DNA of 64,000 bases from Amphiscolops sp. MND2022 (GCA_964187785.1 OZ076419.1:42470001-42534000), one strand, 5' to 3'; positions 25,273-36,985 are shown, numbered from the stretch's first letter. Made by a program: numbers and translations. Notes: generated by a model not told the origin, from the letters alone.

Positions 25273-26050
25273 CTACAAAACTACTTTTCATCACAAAAAT
25301 TATAAACAGCCAGAAATTGTAGCTTTTAAAACCCGGATTTCGGTGGTACAGATATTAGTAATGAGCCATGTTGCATTGATGTTCAGAGACTGATTGCAAA
25401 CTGTTGACAGAGAGTCGAACTGATTCACTTTCCAGGGAAAAAGCACTGCTAAGATGATTTGACTGGAAATTTAGCAAAAATGAGCAAAATGAGCAAAAAA
25501 ATCATCGTTAATCTTTCAAGGATCAGACAAAACATTGGTTGCTTCAATAAAGCCAAAAACTTTGAAGATATGAATAAAAGAGTGGAACAAAATCAAATCA
25601 ACTGTTTATCAGAAAAAGCATAATTTCAGTTCAATAAAAACAAAAATATTCAGGAACACTTTTCTGGGATATAGCGTTACAAAGAGCTGCTTTCTGTTGG
25701 AAGTTTTTTCATTTAATTTGTTCAGAAGAGCAAAATTTTTAAATCTTCTGACACTTTTTTTTAAAAATTTTTAGAAATCGACAGTCGATGTTCGGTGTGA
25801 CGCTTTGTTGAACTAATTGCATACCCCAAGTTGACGTTAATGAGACGAAAACTCAACTGCAGGATTGTGAAAATATTGCCTAGCTTGGCTGTATAGGTTT
25901 GTTCATGGAAAATCTTCAGAGTTTGAATTTTTGAAATGTAGTCATGAATAACCATGGCTGATATCACTGCATGATGTATTCATGGTTACCCATGAATCAA
26001 CCATGGGCAAGGCATGAAACTCCATGCTAAATGATTACGTTACAGGCATT

Positions 26051-26645
26051 AACAAGACGGGAACGTCTAAAGTCGGCGCTATATCTAAGGCTCAAAAAGC
26101 GCAGTTTTTAAAATTGTAAAAGGGGGGACCCTTTCAACTTTTTGAAAATCAAGTTTGTTGCAAAATATCAAAACAAAATTGATAGCAAATGGAAAATATC
26201 AAAACAAACAACAAAGGGGACCCTTTGGAGACATAAAAAATTCAAAAATTTTTTTGAAAAATATTTTGAAAAAAAACGAAAATGCCGAAAAACTAGAAAG
26301 GGGAGACCCTTTGGGCTTTTTGAAACTTCAGTTTGCTGCAAAATATCAAAATGCTTGAAAGGGGACCTTTGGCGACAAAAAAATCGAAAAAAAGTCGCAC
26401 AGTGCCGAAAAAAATTCAAGGGGGTCCTGTAGTTCGGTTTTGTATCTTTCGTTAAAAATTGAGTGCACGAAAGGGGGGACAGTTTGCACTAACTCAGATG
26501 CGATTCCGCTTGCCGGTCCAGTATTTTAGTAGTTCTGTAGAAAAAGTGGCCACTACGCATACATTCTGTTGTCTGACGAAAAAAAAATAAAAAAACTTGC
26601 CACTGTAATAGTCGGGCTCATTTTGTTAAAATGCGCCGACTAAAA
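26051..26645 (-). mobile_element. Complete non-autonomous Helentron-like element (HINE/DINE-1 architecture)
   Basis: One end has the hairpin AGACG-GGAA-CGTCT plus subterminal AGTCGGCGC (26071-26079). The other end has the long hairpin TAGTCGGGCTCATTTTGTTAAAATGCGCCGACTA (26609-26642) and an A-run. Confidence 0.75.
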
Positions 26646-28425
26646 TTGCAGCCGATAATTGATGCATTTTAGTAAGCCATCCTGCTTTTTTGAAAACAAT
26701 TTGTAAGACATCTTTGCAGGGAATAAGTGCATACTGGGATTTTATCGTACAATTTTTAGTATAGTAGCCCTATTTGTTTGTATTCATTGAGATGATAATA
26801 TTATTATTGCATCACATTTATAAATACAATACTTGTTGAGGACTTTGATTTTAAAAATCATTTTCTGTATGCTAAGGGTCGTTATCTACCAGTCAACAAT
26901 GTTTATTTTTTATAACTTTCGAAATTAATTGGCGTATCAATTGACACCTTGAGCATAGAAAGAATCAAATTGGTATCTTCTCACTTTTGAGCACCATCTT
27001 GGATATTTAGCTTCAAAATTTCAGATTCGTTTATTTTACTCAAAAGTCTAAAACCTAGTGGTTCCTTTTTATGTCAGAAACTGCTAAAAAACATAAAAAT
27101 TTCATTTTCAAAAGATTTTTCCGACGTTTATCAACGCGAAATTGAGCTTATCTAACGTTCCCAATTTTGTCATAAAGTCATAAAAGATATAAATGTCAGT
27201 CACTGATTTACTGTTTTCCAAACTGTTTTTACTGTTTTCCAAAATTTCAATCAAATTTGAGACATCTAAATTTCGAACGTCCTGAGAGACTGCTGCTTCG
27301 TCACATTCCCCTATTGATGTGCTATTAGGATTACGAGTTGATTTCATGAACAACCGTCCATGATTCATGGACTCCCTGATCGATAGTAATCCCTGTTTCA
27401 TGGATGTTGCATGGATTCCCGTTCATGTTTTCTTTGTTGAAATTGCTTGAACTGTTTGCTTGCACTTTAACGTTTCCAGCAAACTTTATAATGATTTTCT
27501 AAATCTCTTACAGGAAACTTTTATATGATGAAATATCTCCCAGTTGTATTTTCGAATTTCATCAGGCTGCATCAAAGAATCATTCTAAATTTGGGGGCAA
27601 ATTTAACCCATGAAATTTTGCAGGTTTCATGAAAGAACGTATCTAATTTTAGATGCAACTAAGTTGCTATCAATTTATTCTCTATATCAAAGCAAAAAAT
27701 TTTCAGTCACGAAACAACCAGCAAATATATTTGCTGTTTATTTCGTGACTGAAGATATTTTCCCTTAAAATAGCGATACTCTAGCTTGAAGTTTTTACAT
27801 GCTGCATGGAAACATGCAGGCTAATTTTTTTTACAAAACATGGAAAATACCGGGAGCCAGCATGGAAACAATTTTTAGCATTACAATGCAGCCTCCACTA
27901 TTTGAATTAAAACTGAAAACATTTTCACTTTTTCACCGCTGCGATAACTTTATTTTCACGCGTAAGTTTCTCAAGTAAGTACAGTACAGTGATTAAGAAA
28001 TCGTCCCCCTATGCACTGAGCGTCGTTATCAACCAAATAGAATTGCTTATTTGCTCTCACTTTCAATTCTGATTGGCGCATCAAGTAAAATCTCCGGCCC
28101 AGAAAGAACACTTCTGCTATTTTCCCAGTTTTTGACAGGTTTTTGAAATTTTTTTCTGAAAATTTTAAATTCATCGAATTCTGCACATTGTATAGAATTC
28201 AATGATATATTTTTTGTTTCAAAAACATTCTAAATCGAAAAATAATCACAGTTTTCCGCCGCGAAACGTTCATTTCCTATCTTAATACATGTAAATCGAC
28301 GAAAATTTACCTTTCGAGCATGATATTTCAAAAACGGTTGATAATTTTTGAAATCGAAAAATATCCATAGATTCAGTAGGTTTGTGCGAGTTATTTGAGC
28401 ATAAAACTTGCCAAAAAACTGTGGA

Positions 28426-28836
28426 TGTGAAACTTTAGTGATCGAGCTTCTCTAAAGTTCGTTTTGAAGAAACGAAAAGATCCAAACAATGTATTTTTTG
28501 GTTGATGCTGATATCGGCTATAAATCGAGGTATCAATGCTTTAGGAATAAATGTTTTAATCAAATAACAAACGGCAAAAGAACATAAACGAAACAATATT
28601 AACAAATATTAGTAAACAACGCTTTTTGAACTGAATAGCAAGGCCTTTTCAAGAGCATTTTTCAAGGTTATTTGAATATATTTTATGGTAAAAATACAAG
28701 TTTTAACCGAAACATTTACGGACCCGTCCGGGATTCGAACCGTAGACCTTTCGATTGGAGAGCTAGTATTACTACCTCTACACTAAACCGTCTTATTATT
28801 TGTTTGTTTTAAATTAGCGATATTGCTACCGCAACA
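28426..28836 (-). repeat. 3' LTR of the BEL/Pao element
   Basis: By eye identical to 37223-37633 except one base (TGTGAAAC vs TGTAAAAC at the plus-strand left end). Confidence 0.95.
28721..28792 (-). ncRNA. tRNA-derived 72-nt cassette in the 3' LTR (degenerate cloverleaf, intact Pol III boxes)
   Basis: Minus strand GACGGTTTAGTGTAGAGGTAGTAATACTAGCTCTCCAATCGAAAGGTCTACGGTTCGAATCCCGGACGGGTC. A-box-like TAGTGTAGAGG at position 8, B box GGTTCGAATCC at position 52, D-stem GTGT/ATAC. TTTTT follows 26 nt downstream. Confidence 0.8.
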
Positions 28837-28848
28837 TCCTCCGGGCCC
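28837..28848 (-). promoter_or_regulatory. Polypurine tract (plus-strand primer site) of the BEL element
   Basis: GGGCCCGGAGGA immediately precedes the TGTTGC start of the 3' LTR. Confidence 0.8.
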
Positions 28849-29023
28849 AAGAAGATGATCTGTCGGAACAAACAAAAAAAAACAAAAAAAACAAAAAAAA
28901 GAACTCCTTTTTTTTCTCAACTTTTTTTTCATGTTTTTTCGTGATCGGTTCATTACACAAATACAAGCTACATGAGTCATAGAGATACATGTGGTTAAAC
29001 AGAAAAAGTACAAATGTTACGAG

Positions 29024-32010
29024 TTACAATTCATTCGTAGGAGAAGGGGAAGGAAGGACTGGGGCTAGTTTCACGACCGGACGGACAAGGTTTCCAGACG
29101 TGGTTCTAACTTCAGCCGAGCGGGCGACGGCATCGCTGCCAAAGTGGAGTTTGACTATACGTGCGAGAGGGTAGTAGCCTCTCGGACTTGTGGCTTCCAC
29201 GATCCAAACGAGATCTCCGGTCTTCAGTTGTTTGTCAGACTGTGCGGACCATTTCGCGCGGCGATTCAAAGTCGGTACGTACTCTTTTAGCCACCTGGTC
29301 CAGATGGCATCAGAGTATGCTTGCGCGCGTGCATATCGCTTGCGGTGGTCGAAATCACACTTAGAATGAGACGGCAGAGATGAGCCAGCGGTTCCAAGCA
29401 GGAAGTGGTTGGGTGTCAAAGCATCCATATCAGTGGCATCTGCGCTTGCTGGAACTAACGGGCGAGCGTTGAGGCTCTGCTCTACGAGACAGAAAACAGT
29501 TGTTAAGATTTCGTCTGTCAAACGTCTGTTGCCAAGTATCGCATAGAATGTGTGTTTGAAACTTCTCACTAGCCTTTCCCAGACACCGCCATGGTGTGGG
29601 GCGCTAGGGGGATTAAACTTCCAGTTGATACCTTTCTTGACCATAGACTCAGTAATTGCTTGTTGATTCCAGTTAAGAACGTTCTGAAGGAGTTCTTTCT
29701 CAGTCGCAACAAAGTTAGTCCCGTTGTCCGACCAGATAACGGAAGGGTTTCCCCGACGGGAAACAAATCTCTCAATTCCCATGACGCAACTACTAGTGTC
29801 CATAGACGGCACAACTTCAAAATGGACAGCGCGGGTAGTCAAACATGTGAAGAGAAATCCCCACCGCTTCTCTGTGGAGCGTTTAACTGAAACGTAGAAG
29901 GGACCAAAGTAATCTAATCCAGTGTTCGTGAATGGTGGCGATGCAAAGGCAAGGCGTTCTTTTGGCAAATCAGCCATCATCGGTGTCAAAGTTTCCGCTT
30001 TGCGTTTGCGACAAGTTACGCATCTGGATTGTATCGTTCGCAGGGCAGTTCTCAATTTGACAATGGCATACTTCTGCTGTATCAAGGCTCTCAGGTACTC
30101 TACACCTTGATGGCAGTGTTTCTCGTGTAGGTGCTCAAGGAATAATCGAACTGCAGGGTGGCGACTGTCAAGCAAGATGGGATGTTTGATGTCAAAACTG
30201 GCAACTTCGAGTTGTTTCGTTCGACCTTGTGCACGGATAAGACCGCTTGGACCGATGAAGGGAGTAAAATCTTTTATCACTGACGGTTTACAAATCGGCA
30301 AACATTTCAGCAATGCTTTCTTCTCGTTAGGGAATGATTCGGATTGTACCAAGTAGATAAGTTTCTGCTCAGCAACTTCGACTTCGGCAGGATCCGTTAT
30401 GAAACCTGTTTCTGTTCGGTTACCAGAGAATTTCGGCAAAAGACGCAAAATGTAAGCCAAAATGCGCAAAAGTTTCTCGTAAGAGCTGTACTTTTGCCAC
30501 TCAAGAGTTAGGGCATTGAAGACTACATTCGCAGTATTTGCTGTCGTTTCTTGGTAATTGGGTTCAGTAAGTACATTGTCGAGGTCGAGTTTCTTCAATT
30601 TTGACTTCATAAGTTCGTCTGATGGCTGGAAGGGCCACTCAGAAGTCCTTAAGAAGGCGGGACCTTTGAGCCATGTGCTCTCTAAAAGAGCTTTTGCTGA
30701 CAGACCACGGGTGCCTGCGTCGGCCGGATTGTCGGTTGTTGTTACGTGGTTCCATTCATCCACTGTCGTCAGCTCGAGTATCTCGGCAACTCTATTGGTT
30801 ACGAACACGGGTTGTTTGTCAATGGAGTGAAGCCATTGTAGTACAGTGGTGCTGTCTGTCCACATTACCGTTCGTTCGATAGTTAGGGTGAGCGCTTTTT
30901 GAACTTCATTTTTCAATCGGGCTGCGAGAAGAGCTGCTTGAAGTTCTAACTTCGGTATCGTGAGTGCTTTCATTGGAGCGACGCGAGTTTTCCCGAATAC
31001 AAAGGCTAGTTCGGTTGTCATACCTTTGCTGTTGTGCACCTTCGCACGGAGGTAGGCAACTGCCGAGAACGCATTTTGAGAGCTGTCACCGAATATGTGC
31101 AACTCAGCCGTTGCAATGTTGCCTTGAAAGTAACAACGTGGGATTGTTATTGTACTCAAGGTGGGAAGTTCTTCAGCCCAACCGAGGAATTCCTTACAAA
31201 TGTCTTCCGGCAGGTTATCGTCCCATTGTTGCCCGCTCAGGCGCCAAATATCTTTTAACAAGAGTCGGGCTGTTACAGTGTATGGCGCAACAAGTCCGAT
31301 GGGGTCGTAGACTGCCGAGACAAGGCTCAAAACAACACGTTGTGTTAGAGGTCGGTTCAAGTCGGGGCTGGTTCCGCGGCTGACAACTAGTGTGTCGAAC
31401 CGGTGGTTCCATTTCAAGCCTAAGACATGAGAGTTTTCGTCTTTGGCTGCCAAGAGTTTCTCATCGGTTTTGGTACCAATTTCGATTTTCGGGTCGAGGC
31501 GGTTAGATAAGTTGGGAACGTTACTGACAAACTTGGTTAACGTGAAGCCGCCTTTCGATAGCATTTTCACAAGGTCATGAGCTTTCTTGGTTGCTTCTTC
31601 AACGGTTGCGCTCGACTCAAGGTAATCGTCCATGTAAAAATTGCTTTCGACACTTTTCGCGGCTTCTGGAAACTTCTTGCGGTTATCACGTGCAGTTCGT
31701 TGAAGCGCATAGTTAGCACAAGTTGGTGAATCCTTTGAACCAAAAATGTGGCGTATGTACTGGTACACAGCGACGTTTGTTGCTGGGTCCTCCCGCCACA
31801 GAAAACGAAGAGACGGTCGGTCTTGAGGAATCACGCCAACTTGCAAAAACATTCCTTCTATGTCAGCGGAGACAGCGTACGGATGTTGTCGGAAGCGCAT
31901 TAGCACGTGAATCAATGTTTGCAACAAATCTGGACCTGTAAGTAGAGCGTTGTTCAGTGAAACACCGTGGAATTTGGCTGCGCCATTGAGTACACGGCGT
32001 ACTTTCCCAG
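29024..32010 (-). CDS. pol: BEL/Pao pol: reverse transcriptase, RNase H, integrase (out of frame with the upstream ORF because of a 4-bp duplication)
   Basis: GKVRRVLNGAA, ADIEGMFLQV, YMDD, HIFGDSSQNAF, HHCC (HCHQG...CVTC) and DDE (GLDYFGP, WSDNGTNF, GGVWERLVR). Open to the stop at 29024. Confidence 0.95.
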
Positions 32011-35000
32011 GCAGGCTTGTGTGGGTGTAACACTGGGTGGTGCGGTAGGTACCACTCACGAGGGTTGTCAACTTTGAAACAGTCGGACTTGTCGACCTTA
32101 ACGATGTATCCCTTGTCGAAGTCGTCTTTTATCGTCTGAGCGTAGCTTGCTCTCAGATCGGGAGTACGTTCGAGTCGGCGTTCAAGGGATTTCAGTTGCA
32201 CTAGTGCTGTGAAGTAGTTGTTCGGAAGACTACTGTCATCATCAGCCCACAACATACCGACTTGATATCGGCATCCGTCATGATATGTCGTGTCTTGCAA
32301 AATTTTTGACGCTCTAGCATCGGCGGCTGAGCGAGGGTCGACTTGTTTCTTCGCTGCAAAGGATTCCATTTCGTACCAACTCCGAAGTTGATCGGCCAAC
32401 TGGGAGTCACTCTCACTTTGGATCACAGCTTTGAAGCACGTCGAAACGAGTCCTGAAGTCGAAGGCAATGGTCCACTCAAAACCCAACCCAACGGTATTC
32501 GAACGGCAATTGGAGAATTTTTTCGGTCGGATTCAAAATACTCCAACGGGCGGATTGAATGGAACACGTCTTGACCCAGTATCATTTCGACATCTGCGTA
32601 ACTGTATGTCTTTAGAGCAATGGGCTCCAAGTGAGGGTAGATTGTTTTCAGAGAGTCCACATCGATGACATCATTTCCAACGTGCAAAGTCTTTCTCACA
32701 TAGGGTTTGACATTGAAAGCAGAGCAAGAGCCACCCGAATGAACGGGCGTCAACTTGAGCTCAACTATCTCAGTGTCAACAACCTGTTGTGAGTTTATCC
32801 CATGGACTGTTAGTTTGGTTGGTACACCTTTCAGGTTAAGCTTTGTTGCAAGATTTTCAGAAATCCACGAGTGACTGCAAGCAGAGTCACACAAAGCTAG
32901 CACCTTTGCGGAGTTAGTTCCGGTATGTACTTCGACCTCTGTGATTTGGAGAAGTCCTTTCATGTCGGTTACCGAGCACACGCCGGAACTTTCACCAGTT
33001 TGACTGTTTGGTGTTGTGGAGCTACAAGAACTAGTTACATGGTTTCGTGACGTTTTCGGAGTGGTTCTTGGTTGGAAGACTCGTTCGGCACCGTGTAACA
33101 GAGTATTATGAGAACTTGAGCAGTTATCTTTATTGCACTTGCGTGGTTGTGGACATTGACGGAAAGAGTGGTTTCCTTTAAAACACGAGAAGCAAAGTTT
33201 GTTTTCGGCAACTACCTTTGCTCTTTCGGTAGGTGTTTTACTGAGAAACACGCGACATCGCCATAAAGGATGATTTTCTTTGCAAGCAATGCAAGCTAAT
33301 TGCACTCGATTTGTCTTGGATGAAGTTCCAGTTGAAGGTGCGCTAGAACTAGCCGCGGCGAACACTTTCGCTCCAGTCTTGGTGCGTGTAACAGTAGGAG
33401 CACTTTCGTCAGCCTTCGGTTTCGCTGAAGACACTTTCATTCTTTCGTGTGCTTCGGCTTTATCTTTCAACCAGTCGTTGAATTCTAAAAGGGTCGGTCG
33501 GCTCCAATCTTTCTTCACAGTATGCAGAGACCAAGCTTCCTTCATGTTAGGAGGAAGTTTCTGCACAGCTTGACCCAATAAGGCTGCGCTTGACAAGTCG
33601 TGTTCGTATTTCAGCGAGCGGAACACGCCAACCATAGCGGAAATTGTTGCAGAAAATGCGATCACATTATCGCTGTTATGCATTTTTAATGGCGGGAAGT
33701 TATTCAGTTTGTCAAGATGAGCAGACACAACTGCCTGTGGTTGCCCAAATTTCCGCTCTAGCGTCTTCAGTGCATCTTGGTACATAGTCCCACAGTACGC
33801 AAATTCCGCAATCGCTGTCTTCGCTTTGCCCGTCACGAGTGTTTTCAGATACGTCAGCTTCACATCATTCGAGAGTGGTGCGGAATCAATGGCACTTCTA
33901 AACTGGCCTATCCACTCATGCCATTGCAGTGGGTCTCCGTTGTATTGCGCCAGTTTCCACTCAGGAAGATGGTCCTTTTTCGCAGCGGACAAAAGTTGAG
34001 CAAGATCGTTCACCGTTACTGTCGTTGGCGTCGGTGGTGGAACGATCGGATGTTGAAAGTTCGGGAAAGTAGGAGCTGGTATCAGTGTCGATGTAGGTTG
34101 TATTGTTGGCCCGGTAACTGTAGAAACTGTAACGGCTTGAGGGTTGCAGTAATAAGTGGTTCCTCCACTTCGGACTGGAACAACTGGAACCGAACTGGCG
34201 GTAGTCACGATCGGTGCTGCGACGCTGCCTGAAAGAGTGAATTGTCCTCCAGTAGGTGGCGGGGCAGTATATTGTGTTATTGGAAGGCTGTTTCCAGCCG
34301 GGAATGTCCAAGCAGACAAGTTAGGAACAGCATGGCTGGATGGTATGGTGAACAGAGGCTGTGTTGTAATCGGAATAGCAGGCTGTTGCGTCTGCGAAGG
34401 CAAATTTGGGGTCTGAGATACGAGGGGCACGGTTGTTGATGTTGTAGGAGCGGCTGCAGACGGCACGTGTCGAAAAGGTAGGTGATTGACCGCAGCCAGT
34501 GACGGAGGAGAGCTGTTTGGTATAACTGGCATGGAAAAGTTGACAGCGGCAACGTTGAGCTGCTGTTCAGGCGGGAAAGTGTTCAGTCCAGATGCAAGCG
34601 CTGCGAGTTGGTTAGGGTAGCTGCTTTGAACAACTTCTGTTATTAGTGTTGTTGAAGCAACTGGCGGATTTGAAGATTCGGCTTCTGCGTTTGCCTCAGT
34701 AGTTACGGCTTGTGGCGGTTCCGAATTAACATCATTGACCCAGTCGGACACTCTCTGGGATGCGGTTTGTCTACTGTGTTTGCTAATGCGAGACAGTGTT
34801 TCGTGGAATTCATCAGGCGCTTCAGAAAGGTTTTCAGTCAACTCCAGTTCGGTAATTCTTGCTTCCGCAAGTTTTCGTCGGTTTTCTTCCGCCATTTCTT
34901 CCAGTTGGAGAGCCTGTTCTTCTTCTAAGCGTTTCCGTGCGAACTCATGTCTCTGCTTGGCTAAACGTAGCGCGTTTTCACTCTGTCGTGCCAGTTCTTC

Positions 35001-35450
35001 CCGACGTTGCATTGCTAAAACAAGTTCTTTCTGTTTCTGACTTGATGTTTTCGATTTCGTTGATATCGAAGATCGTTTCGAAGCCTTTTCGTTAACAGTG
35101 CCGACCGAAGAATGTGACTTTTCATCAGCTGCTGGGCAAGCATCAATATATTCGCGGGCCTTTCTCAAAATTTCGTCGTTCTGCTCAGTGACCTCTTTCA
35201 ACCACTGTTCTAAGTCCGCTTTGAGTGCCTCAGCATTAGTAGTTTTTGATGCAAGCGCAAAAATTTGTTCGTTTTTGCTGAATGCTCTCGTCATCGCATC
35301 TTCAGCTTCTTTCACGAGACGTTCAACTTTTACTCGTCTGTCTGCGTTGGTGATGGAATCAGAGATCTTCTGTTGCAAGCTGTTTAGTTCGGTTTGCGCC
35401 TTCAATCGGCTATCGTGCAATTTCTGGACTTTTTCTTGCAAGTCAGTCAT
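31863..35450 (-). CDS. gag: BEL/Pao gag-protease plus RT N-terminus
   Basis: Coiled-coil N-terminus, Pro/Thr-rich linker, gag core LPEWKLAQYNGDPLQWHEW, three Cys/His knuckles, protease ALCDSACSHSWI and RT start WYLPHHPV. Out of frame after ~32012. Confidence 0.95.
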   Translation of the reverse strand: MTDLQEKVQKLHDSRLKAQTELNSLQQKISDSITNADRRVKVERLVKEAEDAMTRAFSKNEQIFALASKTTNAEALKADLEQWLKEVTEQNDEILRKAREYIDACPAADEKSHSSVGTVNEKASKRSSISTKSKTSSQKQKELVLAMQRREELARQSENALRLAKQRHEFARKRLEEEQALQLEEMAEENRRKLAEARITELELTENLSEAPDEFHETLSRISKHSRQTASQRVSDWVNDVNSEPPQAVTTEANAEAESSNPPVASTTLITEVVQSSYPNQLAALASGLNTFPPEQQLNVAAVNFSMPVIPNSSPPSLAAVNHLPFRHVPSAAAPTTSTTVPLVSQTPNLPSQTQQPAIPITTQPLFTIPSSHAVPNLSAWTFPAGNSLPITQYTAPPPTGGQFTLSGSVAAPIVTTASSVPVVPVRSGGTTYYCNPQAVTVSTVTGPTIQPTSTLIPAPTFPNFQHPIVPPPTPTTVTVNDLAQLLSAAKKDHLPEWKLAQYNGDPLQWHEWIGQFRSAIDSAPLSNDVKLTYLKTLVTGKAKTAIAEFAYCGTMYQDALKTLERKFGQPQAVVSAHLDKLNNFPPLKMHNSDNVIAFSATISAMVGVFRSLKYEHDLSSAALLGQAVQKLPPNMKEAWSLHTVKKDWSRPTLLEFNDWLKDKAEAHERMKVSSAKPKADESAPTVTRTKTGAKVFAAASSSAPSTGTSSKTNRVQLACIACKENHPLWRCRVFLSKTPTERAKVVAENKLCFSCFKGNHSFRQCPQPRKCNKDNCSSSHNTLLHGAERVFQPRTTPKTSRNHVTSSCSSTTPNSQTGESSGVCSVTDMKGLLQITEVEVHTGTNSAKVLALCDSACSHSWISENLATKLNLKGVPTKLTVHGINSQQVVDTEIVELKLTPVHSGGSCSAFNVKPYVRKTLHVGNDVIDVDSLKTIYPHLEPIALKTYSYADVEMILGQDVFHSIRPLEYFESDRKNSPIAVRIPLGWVLSGPLPSTSGLVSTCFKAVIQSESDSQLADQLRSWYEMESFAAKKQVDPRSAADARASKILQDTTYHDGCRYQVGMLWADDDSSLPNNYFTALVQLKSLERRLERTPDLRASYAQTIKDDFDKGYIVKVDKSDCFKVDNPREWYLPHHPVLHPHKPAWESTPCTQWRSQIPRCFTEQRSTYRSRFVANIDSRANALPTTSVRCLR

Positions 35451-35686
35451 AATTCTTTTGTTTTTTTTTTGTTTGGGTTAAAAGAGGACGATTACGATGA
35501 TCTGCACGTCGTACAGATGATTAAAAGGACGGATGCACTGCTGCTTTTTTACGGGAGGGTGGTTCTTTCTGTGAATCAACCGAGCAGTGAAGCTCGGACA
35601 CAACACAGAAAAGAAACTTTTACTGGTTGCAGCGTCAACCAGACAATGAAGTCCGGACGCGGCTACAACACAGATGAAGAGGGAAG

Positions 35687-36289
35687 TCAGTTATCAGCAG
35701 CAAGTGACTGGGTTTTTATTGCCTTATGGGCGCGTTTAGAAGGACGTTTGGGTCGACTGCGGGCAGTAATTTGGTGAAGATCGTTTTCATGATTCAAAAT
35801 TAGATTTAGATGTTTCAATTCTAGGTCAGGACTCTGGTGCAACGCCTTCAAATTTTGCAAATATTCGGGATCCTTTTGCTTACGCAGCGAAGTAAAATCT
35901 TTTTCAATGTTCAATACAAGAATGTTTGTCTCTTTCAATTGCAAGAAAATGTCAGGCGTTCGATTCCGTTGGCAGTACACAAGAGCCCTGATTCTGTGTT
36001 GATAAGATTTCAGAACATTCACTAGGTCAATCACTGACAAGGCACGGTAAAAGTTGCTTTTATGTTTACAGATACTGTTATTAATTACGTCGTGCCAAAT
36101 TATCAGTTCGTTTTCGTCTTTGAAATCTTTTTCAATCAGGTTTTGTACAATTTTTCGAGGATTTTTTGCGTTAATGTTTAAACTCAGGCCCGGTATGGAA
36201 TAAATTTTTTCTTTTAGAGCGTTTTGATTTTCGGGGATAACAGTTTCTATTGCATGATGCAACGAACTGGCGGCCAAAATTCGAACCAT
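35687..36289 (-). CDS. Extra 200-aa ORF upstream of gag inside the BEL element; possible SGNH/GDSL-like fold
   Basis: Intact ATG-to-stop ORF on the element strand between PBS and gag. RILAASSL, YSIPGLSL, LIIWHDVINNS and LKALHQS occur in the order and approximate spacing of SGNH blocks I, II, III and V (fold assignment is inference). Confidence 0.6.
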   Translation of the reverse strand: MVRILAASSLHHAIETVIPENQNALKEKIYSIPGLSLNINAKNPRKIVQNLIEKDFKDENELIIWHDVINNSICKHKSNFYRALSVIDLVNVLKSYQHRIRALVYCQRNRTPDIFLQLKETNILVLNIEKDFTSLRKQKDPEYLQNLKALHQSPDLELKHLNLILNHENDLHQITARSRPKRPSKRAHKAIKTQSLAADN

Positions 36290-36792
36290 TCAATATTTTT
36301 TCGGCATATTTCACTTGCTTTTTTGAGACTATCGAGGTTTTTTGAGCCTTTTTTGGGCGCTAACTGCTTTTTTCAAAGTTTCGCAATTTGTTGGTTTTTT
36401 CAAGTATTATTACAACCTATTTTTCAAGAAAAATGCTGCTAGAATGAACAGAAGTCCTTTCTTTCTGATGCAATTCTAATAGAAAGCAGGTATTCCGAAC
36501 TTCGCCATTTCCGATGTTTATTTTCAAAAAGTCACAGTGATTCAAGAAATTTCCGAAAAATTTGTTTTTTTTCAAAGGTCTTGCTTTTGACTAAATATAG
36601 CGCACATCAAAGTTTTTCAAGGGACGTTGTTGGAGCAGTTTTTTCTGTTTAAAAAATACCTCTACTGGGTTGATTGGGGTATCTTCGGGACTTCGGGCAT
36701 TTTCTGGGTTTCCGGACAACTTCTGACTTTCGAGGGGGGCTGTAGTGGTTAGCACTTTGCCTGCGGGGGGACTTCCTGGTCTGGGGGGAAGG

Positions 36793-36985
36793 ACCCTCTG
36801 CTGATAGGGGGCACCCTCTGCTGTGCGAGACACCCTCGGCTGTGGGGGACACCCCTACGACTTTCTCTGCTGGGAACCCTCTGCTGTGGGGGGACACCCT
36901 CTGCTGTGGGAGACACCCTCTGTTGTGGGGGACACCCTCTGCTGTGGGAGACACCCTCAGTTGTGGGGGGACACCCTCTGCTGAC
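36793..36985. repeat. ~20-bp GC-rich minisatellite in the BEL leader
   Basis: About 9 imperfect copies of ACACCCTCTGCTGTGGG(G/A)G. Confidence 0.85.

Noticed and set aside
28721-28792. Functional tRNA gene, or self-encoded primer for reverse transcription
   Set aside because: Acceptor, anticodon and T stems are largely unpaired, and its 3' end (GGACGGGTC) is not complementary to the PBS (TGGTGGCCATAG).
29161-35777. Plus-strand ORFs over the BEL coding region
   Set aside because: Antisense shadows of a long, stop-poor reading frame, with no motifs.
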